Source: Macrostomum hystrix (Eukaryota; Animalia; Platyhelminthes). From it: a stretch of 64,000 nucleotides of DNA. The notes below the pieces were generated by a model. The model was given only the letters and a program-made list of their open reading frames with translations. It did not search any database and was not told the origin of the DNA. Position 1 is the stretch's first letter. Every line of letters starts with the position of its first letter. This document shows, in pieces, positions 26,491-38,400 of this stretch. A program made the translations under genes and the position numbers. The stretch is taken from positions 1,178,001-1,242,000 of the forward strand of contig CATNEN010000010.1 in assembly GCA_950097015.1 (NCBI GenBank). The letters are read 5' to 3'.

Positions 26491-29400
26491 CGCCCTTGGG
26501 GATTTGAGGACCTAGTCCCCCGAAAAATACAAGCTGCTCGACACAGAGCGAGGGTCGACTGGCACAGAAAGTGCTCATGTGAGAAAGTAGCAGAAATTTT
26601 TTCCAGCCGGTTGGACTCAGAGGACTGGAAAAGTCAATCAGTTTGTCTGAGAAAGAGAATTTATATGGCGAATTTATGAATTGGCCAAGCAAACGGGAGG
26701 AAACAGATTTGCTGAGGTTTTTCTCTTGGAGACCACAGCAGCCCAAAGCAACTTTTTCTTAAAGACTTTTGTTATTCAATTAGGTTATGCGACAATGGCC
26801 ATCGACTGCAGCTAATTGAGGGCTCTGAGGCACAGAAAATATTTACTGAACATTTTGGATTTCTCTGATCTGCTGACTGCACCCTGCAAAACTCACCAGC
26901 CCTGCCTTCATCCCTGCTTTCATCCCTGCCTTCATCCCTGCTTTCATCCCTGCCTTCATCCCGGCTTTCATCCCTGCCTTCATCCCTGCCTTCATCCCTG
27001 CTTTCATCCCTGCTTTCATCCCTGCATTCATCCCTGCCTTCATCCCTGCTTTCATCCCTGCCTTCATCCCTGCTTTCATCCCTGCCTTCATCCCGGCTTT
27101 CATCCCTGCCTTCATCCCTGCCTTCATCCCTGCTTTCATCCCTGCTTTCATCCCTGCATTCATCCCTGCCTTCATCCCTGCTTTCATTCCTGCCTTCATC
27201 CCGGCTTTCATCCATGCCTTCATCCCTGCTTTCACCCCTGCTTTCATCCATGCTTTCATCCCTGCTTTCACCCCTGCTTTCATCCATGCTTTCATCCCTG
27301 CTTTCACCCCTGCTTTCATCCATGCTTTCATCCCTGCTTTCATCCCTGCTTTCATCCCTGCCTTCATCCCTGCCTTCATCCCTGCTTTCATCCCTGCTTT
27401 CATCCCTGCATTCATCCCTGCCTTCATCCCTGCTTTCATTCCTGCCTTCATCCCGGCTTTCATCCATGCTTTCATCCCTGCTTTCACCCCTGCTTTCATC
27501 CATGCTTTCATCCCTGCTTTCACCCCTGCTTTCATCCATGCTTTCATCCCTGCTTTCATCCCTGCTTTCATCCCTGCTTTCATCCCTGCTTTCATCCCAA
27601 ATCAAATAGCTTCCCAGTGTCTAATTGTATATCTCCCAGTGTCTCATTGTATATCTCCCAGTGTCTCATTGTATATCTCCCAGTGTCTCATTGTGTGTCT
27701 CCCAGTGTCTCATTGTATATCTCCCAGTGTCTCATTGTATATCTCCCAGTGTCTCATTGTATATCTCCCAGTGTCTCATTGTATATCTCCCAGTGTCTCA
27801 TTGTATATCTCCCAGTGTCTCATTGTGTGTCTCCCAGTGACTCATTGTGTTATCTCCCAGTGTCTCATAGTATATCTCCCAGTGTCTCATTGTGTGTCTC
27901 CCAGTGCGTATGTGCATATTTCAAATGAAGCTTCTATGAAACCATTATCGTATTCTCCAAAAACAGAGGGTCAGGTCTATTGGCTCATTAATTATCGCTG
28001 AGCAGTTTAGCAGGGCCTGTGCTCAGGTTTGTGCTCAAGTCTCAAAGCACAATGACTCGAGTTCCAAGTGAATCGCGGCCCCGAACTGACTGCCGCACAG
28101 TTTTATTGCAATTATAATTTTTTTTCTAAACTAAAAAGGAATCGGGAGTAAAAGGATTTTATCCAAATGTCGTCTAGAGACGGGGGTTGCTGCAGAGTCC
28201 GTGTATTTGGCCAGGACATCGTCAGAGATTGCATTATTCATTGGCTCTCTGAGCCGCCGCCTTACTGAGCCTTCAGTCCAAAATCAGTCAAATTGCTAGC
28301 TGAGTGAGGGCCCGACTGACTGCGGAGTCAGTTGCCACGGCTGCCGCCGGATGCAGGAGGAAGGGATGATTTTGGCTGAAACACTAACTGGGGAGCTCTG
28401 AGGCCAGGGCGGCCGCAGATATAAAGGGAAAAATTATCTGCTACAGCATGGCCAGAAAGTGATAAACAGGTGGAGAGGCCAATTGATGTGCGGCGATCAT
28501 TGGATGCACGGTTAAAGGAACAGAGGAGACTCACTGGGAGACTCAATGGGAGATTCACTGGGACACTCACTGGGAGACTCACTGGGAGATTCACTGGGAC
28601 ACTCACTGGGAGACTCACTGGGAGACTCGCTGTTAGACTCACTGGGAGACTCACTGGCAGACTCAATGGGAGACTCAATGGGAGACTCACTGGGAAACTC
28701 ACTGGGAGACTCACTGGGAGACTCACTGGGATACTCACTGGCAGACTCGATGGGAGACTCACTGGGAGATTCACTGGGATACTCACTGGGATACTCACTG
28801 GGAGACTCAATGGGAGACTCACTGGGAAACTCACTGGGATACTCACTGGGAGATTCACTGGGATACTCACTGGGATACTCACTGGGAGACTCACTGGGAT
28901 ACTCACTGGGATACTCACTGGGAGATTCACTGGGATACTCACTGGGATACTCACTGGGAGACTCACTGGGATACTCACTGGGATACTCACTGGGATACTC
29001 ACTGGGATACTCACTGGGAGATTCACTGGGAGATTCACTGGGAAACTCACTGGGAGACTCACTGGGAGACTCACTGGGAGACTCACTGGGAGACTCACTT
29101 GGAGACTCACTGGCAGACTCACTGTTAGACTCACTGGGATACTCACTGGGATACTCACTGGGATACTCACTGGGAGATTCACTGGGAGATTCACTGGGAA
29201 ACTCACTGGGAGACTCACTGGGAGACTCACTGGGAGACTCACTGGGAGACTCACTTGGAGACTCACTGGCAGACTCACTGTTAGACTCACTGGGATACTC
29301 AATGGTAGACTCAATGGGAGACTCAATGGGAGACTCAATGGGAGACTCAATGGTAGACTCAATGGGAGACTCAATGGTAGACTCACTGGGAGACTCACTG

Positions 29401-32400
29401 GGAGACTCACTTGGAGACTCACTGGCAGACTCACTGTTAGACTCACTGGGATACTCACTGGGATACTCACTGGGATACTCACTGGGAGATTCACTGGGAG
29501 ACTCACTGGGAAACTCACTGGGAGACTCACTGGGAGACTCACTGGGAGACTCACTGGGAGACTCACTTGGAGACTCACTGGCAGACTCACTGTTAGACTC
29601 ACTGGGATACTCAATGGTAGACTCAATGGGAGACTCAATGGGAGACTCAATGGGAGACTCAATGGTAGACTCAATGGGAGACTCAATGGGAGACTCAATG
29701 GGAGACTCAATGGGAGACTCACTGGGAAACTCACTGGGAGACTCACTGGGAGACTCACTGGGATACTCACTGGCAGACTCGATGGGAGACTCACTGGGAG
29801 ATTCACTGGGATACTCACTGGGATACTCACTGGGAGACTCAATGGGAGACTCACTGGGAAACTCACTGGGATACTCACTGGGAGATTCACTGGGATACTC
29901 ACTGGGATACTCACTGGGAGACTCACTGGGATACTCACTGGGATACTCACTGGGAGATTCACTGGGATACTCACTGGGATACTCACTGGGAGACTCACTG
30001 GGATACTCACTGGGATACTCACTGGGATACTCACTGGGATACTCACTGGGAGATTCACTGGGAGATTCACTGGGAAACTCACTGGGAGACTCACTGGGAG
30101 ACTCACTGGGAGACTCACTGGGAGACTCACTTGGAGACTCACTGGCAGACTCACTGTTAGACTCACTGGGATACTCACTGGGATACTCACTGGGATACTC
30201 ACTGGGAGATTCACTGGGAGATTCACTGGGAAACTCACTGGGAGACTCACTGGGAGACTCACTGGGAGACTCACTGGGAGACTCACTTGGAGACTCACTG
30301 GCAGACTCACTGTTAGACTCACTGGGATACTCAATGGTAGACTCAATGGGAGACTCAATGGGAGACTCAATGGGAGACTCAATGGTAGACTCAATGGGAG
30401 ACTCAATGGTAGACTCACTGGGAGACTCACTGGGAGACTCACTTGGAGACTCACTGGCAGACTCACTGTTAGACTCACTGGGATACTCACTGGGATACTC
30501 ACTGGGATACTCACTGGGAGATTCACTGGGAGACTCACTGGGAAACTCACTGGGAGACTCACTGGGAGACTCACTGGGAGACTCACTGGGAGACTCACTT
30601 GGAGACTCACTGGCAGACTCACTGTTAGACTCACTGGGATACTCAATGGTAGACTCAATGGGAGACTCAATGGGAGACTCAATGGGAGACTCAATGGTAG
30701 ACTCAATGGGAGACTCAATGGGAGACTCAATGGGAGACTCAATGGGAGACTCAATGGTAGACTCAATGGGAGACTCAATGGTAGACTCAATGGGAGACTC
30801 AATGGGAGACTCAATGGGAGACTCAATGGGAGACTCAATGGTAGACTCAATGGGAGACTCAATGGGAGACTCAATGGTAGACTCAATGGGAGACTCAATG
30901 GTAGACTCAATGGGAGACTCAATGGGATACTCACTTGGAGACTCAATGGGAGACTCACTGGGAGATTCACTGGGAGATTCACTGGGAAACTCACTGGGAG
31001 ACTCACTGGGAGACTCACTGGGAGACTCACTGGGAGACTCACTTGGAGACTCACTGGCAGACTCACTGTTAGACTCACTGGGATACTCAATGGTAGACTC
31101 AATGGGAGACTCAATGGGAGACTCAATGGGAGACTCAATGGGAGACTCAATGGGAGACTCAATGGGAGACTCAATGGTAGACTCAATGGGAGACTCAATG
31201 GTAGACTCAATGGTAGACTCAATGGGAGACTCAATGGGATACTCACTTGGAGACTCATTGGCAGACTCACTGGGAGACTCACTGGGATACTCAATGGAAT
31301 ACTCACTGGCAGACTCAATGGGAGACTCACTGGGAGATTCACTGGGAGACTCACTGGGAGACTCACTGGCAGACTCACTGATAGACTCACTGGTATACTC
31401 ACTGGGAGACTCAATGGGAGACTCACTGGGAGATTCACTTTTAGACTTACTGGGATACTCACTGGGAGACTCAATGGGATCCTCACTTGGAGACTCATTG
31501 GCAGACTCACTGGGAGACTCAATGGGATACTCACTTGGAGACTTACTGGGAGACTCACTGTGAGAACCCCTGGCAGGCACACTGAAAGACAATCGATAAC
31601 ACTGTGAGCAGCTGGTGTCATCGGTTCTGTTTATTCAGGCCAGTCTGCAGAAAGATAGTTGAAGCCCTAGCAGGTATCCCATAACACTGAGCGCGCAGTG
31701 TCTTCAAAATCTGGCGCAGCTCTCGCGCAGGTTCAGTTTTGGAGGAGAATCGTTTAACCCTGGCATCCCCTGAGCTTCGGCCCAAATCCCTCTAGCTGCT
31801 GGGCCGGATCGATTCCTCGCCCTGCCTGGGTGCCACCGGGGATTTCCCGCTACAGTCCCGCCTCTCAACGACCCATCCGCCCGCGATGTTTTAACTGTCA
31901 GATCCGGGGGCTGGCCCAGCTGCTACTGCCGCGCACTTTTAGCGGCAAATGAACTTCCACAACTTGTCTTGCTGGGAGAGCTGCGCTGCAATCCTTAGAT
32001 TGGGATTTATTTTGGGGAAAAATTAGTCTTTACTAGACATCTGTGAGGAGCTGCACCTGTCCCATTGTGTTTATGACGACTCCTTAGGTTGCAATGGGTG
32101 TGCAGATTGCACGCGTGAAGGATTGATTGATAACCCATAATGAGAGCGAAGTGGCGACAGTGTCAGCCTGACAGACTCAGTGACTGGCTCTCACGGATTC
32201 CAGGAAATCCTCTTGGCAAAAAAGAAAATCCCGACAAATGACTGGGAGATTCGCGCAATTCAGCATCCTCAAATTAGACGATAGCCGGGGCTGCCAGGTG
32301 CGGAGACGCGGGTACAATTAGCGAGCAAACAAACAGCGGGCCACAGTCTCCCGTACCAGACGCTGGGAAAGCACGGGAAGGATGGCCCAGCCAGCATCCC

Positions 32401-35400
32401 TGTCTGATAGATCCCCTGCAGGCCCGATCGCCATATGCCACTCCGTATGAAACTGGCAGTGGGGCAGCGCGGGAGTGACGGACGGGTCGGCCGCAGACAC
32501 TGCCCCTTCAAGAAGCAGAGGCAGCGGCAAGCAGAAATCGTTATGTCAAAAGCTCTTTGAGAAGCCAGCTGTGGGTTTCAATGAGTGAGGCAGACCCTTG
32601 CTCATTCTCAGTTGAGCTGACTGCCCAGCAACACCTCCTGCGCTGACAATGGGAACTCACTCCCTCCCAGAATAAAGAAAACATTTTATGGCACTTCTAG
32701 GAAAAAACTGCGCGGCTTTAACTGCCAGAACTGACGGCTTAAAGTGAATCTCCCAGTGAGTTTCCCAGCGAGTCTCCCATTGAGTCTCCCAGTGAGCCTC
32801 CCAGTGAGTATCCCAGTGAGTCTCCCAGCGAGTCTCCCAGTGAGTGTCCCAGTGAATCTCCCACTGAGTCTCCCAGTGAGTGTCCCAGTGAATCTCCCAG
32901 TGAGTCTCCCAGTGAGTCTCCCAGTGAGTGTCCCAGTGAATCTCCCAGTGAATCTCCCAGTGAGTGTCCCAGTGAATCTCCCAGAGAGTCTCCCAGTGAG
33001 TCTCCCAGTGAGTGTCCCAGTGAGTCTCCCAGTGAGTGTCCCAGTGAATCTCCCAGTGAGTCTCCCAGTGAGTCTCCCAGTGAGTATCCTATTGAGTCTC
33101 CCAGTGAGTTTCCCAGTGAGTCTCCCAGTGAGTGTCCCAGTGAGTCTCCCAGTGAGTCTCCCAGTGAGTCTCCCAGTGAGTGACCATCTGACTCAACTCA
33201 CCTGTTAAGGCTGCGGTCACAGATCCGATAAGAATGGCAGCGGCAAGCACAGCAGCGGGGCAGGAGTTCGGTCTCATGTCACTTCTCTCGTTTTGACATT
33301 TCTCGAATTTCAAAAGCAAACTTTAAAATTATAAGCTGGCTTCTGTATAAATTCTTTTTCACTTATCAAAACTATTTCTCTGTAGTGAAGTTGGTTAATA
33401 TGCGCGGGGCTTCCGTTCCTTATAGGGGGACATATCCTTTTTGGGGGGCCAGCTCGTGAGTGGCTCATTGATTCTCTAATTAACTGACCAATCCGATTGC
33501 GCCAGCGCTAGGCTAGTTCTCATTGGTTGGCTAACCGAAGCAGCAATTTTCTGTTAGATTTGCGTTAAACGCTCAGATTTTTTAGATCAGTTTTTTGTTG
33601 AATGGTTGCCTACGCAACCCATTCTATTCCTTTATGAATTGGATAGATTAGCAGCCCATTCGATTCCCTTATCAATTGGATAGATTAGCAATCCATTCTA
33701 TTCCTTTATCAATTGGATAGATTAGCAGCCCATTCGATTCCCTTATCAATTGGATAGATTAGCAATCCATTCTATTCCTTTATCAATTGGATAGATTAGC
33801 AGCCCATTCGATTCCCTTATCAATTGGATAGATTAGCAATCCATTCTATTCCTTTATCAATTGGATAGATTAGCAATCCATTCTATTCCTTCATCATTGG
33901 ATAGATTAGCAATCCATTCTATTCCTTTATGAATTGGATAGATTAGCAATCCATTCTATTCCTTTATCAATTGGATAGATTAGCAGCCCATTCGATTCCC
34001 TTATCAATTGGATAGATTAGCAATCCATTCTATTCCTTCATCATTGGATAGATTAGCAATCCATTCTATTTCTTTATCAGTTGGATAGATTAGCAACCCA
34101 TTCCATTTCTTTATCAATTAGATTTAAACCCCGATTTAATCCCATAGAACTGATTTGTTGCTATTTTTAGATAAAAATTGTGGAAACCCTAATTTGATCA
34201 CGTGCGATAAAGTTGTTGCTATTTTTAGATAGAAACATTAGGTAACCCCGATTTAATCACATAGGACTGATTTGTTGCTATTTTTAGATCAAAATTTATT
34301 GGAAACCCTGATTTAATCACATGCGATAAATTTGTTGCTATTTTTAGATAGAAACTTTGGGAAACCCTGATTTAATCACATAGGACTGATTTGTTGCTAT
34401 TTTTAGATCAAAATTTATTGGAAACCCTGATTTAAACACATGCGATAAATTTGTTGCTTTTTTAGATAGAAACTTTGGGAAACCCCGATTTAATCACCTG
34501 CGGCTGAGTTTTTGCCCCCGTATGCTATACAAATTTGCCCTTGAGACTATTCTATTATCTGTAAAACTAGAACACAAGCCTATTCAATTATCGGACCAAC
34601 AAGCCACACAAAATATTCTTAAACAGGAAGCAAATGATGAGTGTTCCGCAAGCCAGCCACCCGTTTAAACCCCGTCACTGTCACCATCCTGTCACCAAAG
34701 CCCAGTTCAGAAGTTGATTCATCATTATTTATTGCGTCAACTGACTGCAGCCACTTAAAGAGGGGAAGATGCTGACGTCACTGTTGTTTGCAAATCGCCG
34801 AAGTGGCAAATCGAAAACTTAACCTGCTTGTAGTTTCAGGCTTTCAGCAACAACAGACTGTACTGTGTGTTTTTGCTTGCCTCTCTTCTTCACTCCGAAT
34901 AAAAAAGTTGTACTTTTGAAGTCTCCTAAGTGCCAAAGCTTGTCCAGCCGAACTCCAGGTCATTGTTAGAGGTTAAGTGGACGGAATTCCACCCGATTCC
35001 AGTCCAGAAACACACCGCTTTGAATATAGTTTTTTTATTGTACAGCTAATCAACTACTCACTCTACTACTATCGTAAGTAGTAATGCGAGGTTGTTGAAG
35101 CAAGTTTATATAAATGCATTGTTAAAACATCGAATGCACTTTTCTTCTAAGCTGATGTCCTCTTTCAAGAACTTTATGGAACGAAAGCCAATTGGTGCCA
35201 GGGACAGTCAGTCATGGTTAAGAAAGATATTTACATCGCATTGCAGTGACAGCTGCTGACTGATGCCCAGATGGCCTGGCTGGTCAGCGGTTCAAGGGCT
35301 CTTGAAGGCCGCTCTATCAACGCCGGGGGGACATCCTGATGGCTGGCGATCGGCTCAGCTGCAGCGAAATTCTGCTGCCTATTCATTTTGACTTCTGGCT

Positions 35401-38400
35401 CATGTACTTTTGTTTCACATCAACTACAAGCCGGATGAGATCCTCTCATCCTCTCATTTTCCAGTTGAATGTACACTCATACCACCTCCCATGATCCTTC
35501 AGTGCCTCACTCATACCACCTCCCATGATCCTTCAGTGCCTCACTCATACCACCTCCCATGATCCTTCAGTGCCTCACTCATACCACCTCCCATGATCCT
35601 TCAGTGCCTCACTCATACCACCTCCCATGATCCTTCAGTGCCTCACTCATACCACCTCCCATGATCCTTCAGTGCCTCACTCATACCACCTCCCATGATC
35701 CTTCAGTGCCTCACTCATACCACCTCCCATGATCCTTCAGTGCCTCACTCATACCACCTCCCATGATCCTTCAGTGCCTCACTCATACCACCTCCCATGA
35801 TCCTTCAGTGCCTCACTCATACACCCTCCCATGACCTATCAGTGCCTCACTCATACCACCTCCCATGATCCTTCAGTGCCTCACTCATACCACCTCCCAT
35901 GATCCTTCAGTGCCTCACTCATACCACCTCCCATGATCCATCAGGGCCTCACTCATACCACCTCCCATGATCCTTCAGTGCCTCACTCATACCACCTCCC
36001 ATGATCCTTCAGTGCCTCACTCATACCACCTCCCATGATCCTTCAGTGCCTCACTCATACAACCTCCCATGATCCTTCAGTGCCTCACTCATACCACCTC
36101 CCATGATCCTTCAGTGCCTCACTCATACCACCTCCCATGATCCTTCAGTGCCTCACTCATACACCCTCCCATGACCTATCAGTGCCTCACTCATACCACC
36201 TCCCATGATCCTTCAGTGCCTCACTCATACACCCTCCCATGACCCTTCAGTGCCTCACTCATACACGCTAGCATGAGCCTTCAGTGTCTCACTCATAAAC
36301 ACGACTATGACCCTTCAGTGCCTCACTCATACACCCTCCCATGATCCATCAGTGACTCACTCATACAACCTCCCATGATCCATCAGTGCCTCACTCATAC
36401 ACCCTCCCATGATCCTTCAGTGTCTCACTCATACCACCTCCCATGATCCTTCAGTGCCTCACTCATACACCCTCCCATGACCTATCAGTGCCTCACTCAT
36501 ACCACCTCCCATGATCCTTCAGTGCCTCACTCATACCACCTCCCATGATCCTTCAGTGCCTCACTCATACCACCTCCCATGATCCTTCAGTGCCTCACTC
36601 ATACCACCTCCCATGATCCATCAGTGCCTCACTCATACACCCTCCCATGACCCTTCAGTGCCTCACTCATACACGCTAGCATGAGCCTTCAGTGTCTCAC
36701 TCATAAACACGACTATGACCCTTCAGTGCCTCACTCATACACCCTCCCATGATCCATCAGTGACTCACTCATACAACCTGCCATGATCCTTCAGTGCCTC
36801 ACTCATACACCCTCCCATGATCCTTCAGTGTCTCACTCATACACCCTCCCATGAGCCTTCAGTGTCTCACTCATACACACGACAATGACCCTTCAGTCTC
36901 ACTCATACACCTTCCCATGAGCCTTCAGTGTCTCACTCATACACACGACAATGACCCTTCAGTCTCACTCATACACCCTCCCATGATCCTTCAGTCTCAC
37001 TCATACACCCTCCCATGACCCTTCAGTGTCTCACTCATTAGCACTACGTTAGTTGACTGATAAAATATTATCCCATAATTCGCAGCCTTAGTGTTGTTTT
37101 GACGGCTGTTAAGCAGGCCTGAGCAGAAGTGCATCCCTGATTGCTCGGCACGGCTGTCTGCTCTGTCGGCAGCTGCATCGCCGCTCGGATGATTTAGCAG
37201 CCCTGTCAGAATTTGGGCTGCCTTGGCAACAGTTTTCCACGAAACTGTTCGGCGGGAGAGTTTGCCAACAAGCGGATGCGGAGCAAGGCGTGTCCCAGAC
37301 TCCAAGTGTCAGTTTCTCCAGTCCCAAAATCTGCCGCATCGCTTTCTCTGTCTTTCTCTCTGTCTCGCTGTGTCACGGTTGCCAGGGCTTGCGGGGGATT
37401 TGGCACGAAATGAGCAGCTCAACAGAGGCCGGGAAGCTCGAGGGGAGAATCGGGACATTGGGCATGGCTTGGAAATGGGAAGAAATAGGGATGCGACTGA
37501 GGGGAAGCGATGCGCGGTGGAAAATAATAAGGAAATCTTTGCCTGGCAGCTGCGGGAGGGGTTAGCCGGCGACTTGCTGAGGCTTCAGGTCTGAGCAGTT
37601 TGAGCACACATCGGAAATGGAAGCAGCGGGGACTACGGCGGTGGCTTGGGGGTGGAGTTGGCATCTAATTTTATTGCCGTCTCAAGCGCTGTGAGGCGCC
37701 AGGCGTTCCACCGTTCCACCGGGCGAGGAAGCCTTTAAAAGACGGGTCGAGAGCACAATGATGCTCAAATTGCTGCTGATTTGACTGGGAAATCTCATTT
37801 TTCAGCTGCCTGAAAGACCGAATTCTGCTCCGGAGTCAACAGCGACTGGAGCTTCCTTAACTCCAATGACCGCAGCAGGCAATGATGTCACTGATGGGTC
37901 ATGGGTGACTAGCTCTGTGGGTCACTGATGGGTCATGGGTGACTAGCTCTGTGGGTCACTGATGGGTCATGGGTGACTAGCTCTGTGGGTCACTGATGGG
38001 TCATGGGTGACTAGCTCTGTGGGTCACTGATGGGTCATGGGTGACTAGCTGTGTGGGTCACTGATGGGTCATGGGTGACTAGCTCTGTGGGTCACTGATG
38101 GGTCATGGGTGACTAGCTCTGTGGGTCACTGATGGGTCATGGGTGACTAGCTCTGTGGGTCACTGATGGGTCATGGGTGACTAGCTGTGTGGGTCACTTA
38201 TGGGTCAAAAGTGACTGGCTGTGTGGGTCACTGATGGGTCATGGGAGTCTGGCAGTGTGGGTCACCGATGGGTCATGAGTGACTAGCTGTGTGGGTCACT
38301 GATGGGTCAAAAGTGGCTAGCTGTGTGGGTCAGTGATGGGTCATTATTTACATGCCCTGTGGGTCACTGGTGCGGCAATTATATAAATTTCTATTTTTCG

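Noticed and set aside
26897-27605. (DESR/DEGR)n ORF ending at a phase-1 G|GTGAGT donor in intron 1
   Set aside because: No credible upstream acceptor; the nearest AG gives an in-frame stop after exon 1.
19351-31621. Very long low-complexity ORFs of up to about 1100 aa (also 9877-11116, 14105-14675, 50334-51420, 57442-59152)
   Set aside because: They are open in several frames and on both strands because the repeat units lack stops in those frames; no domains or splice signals.
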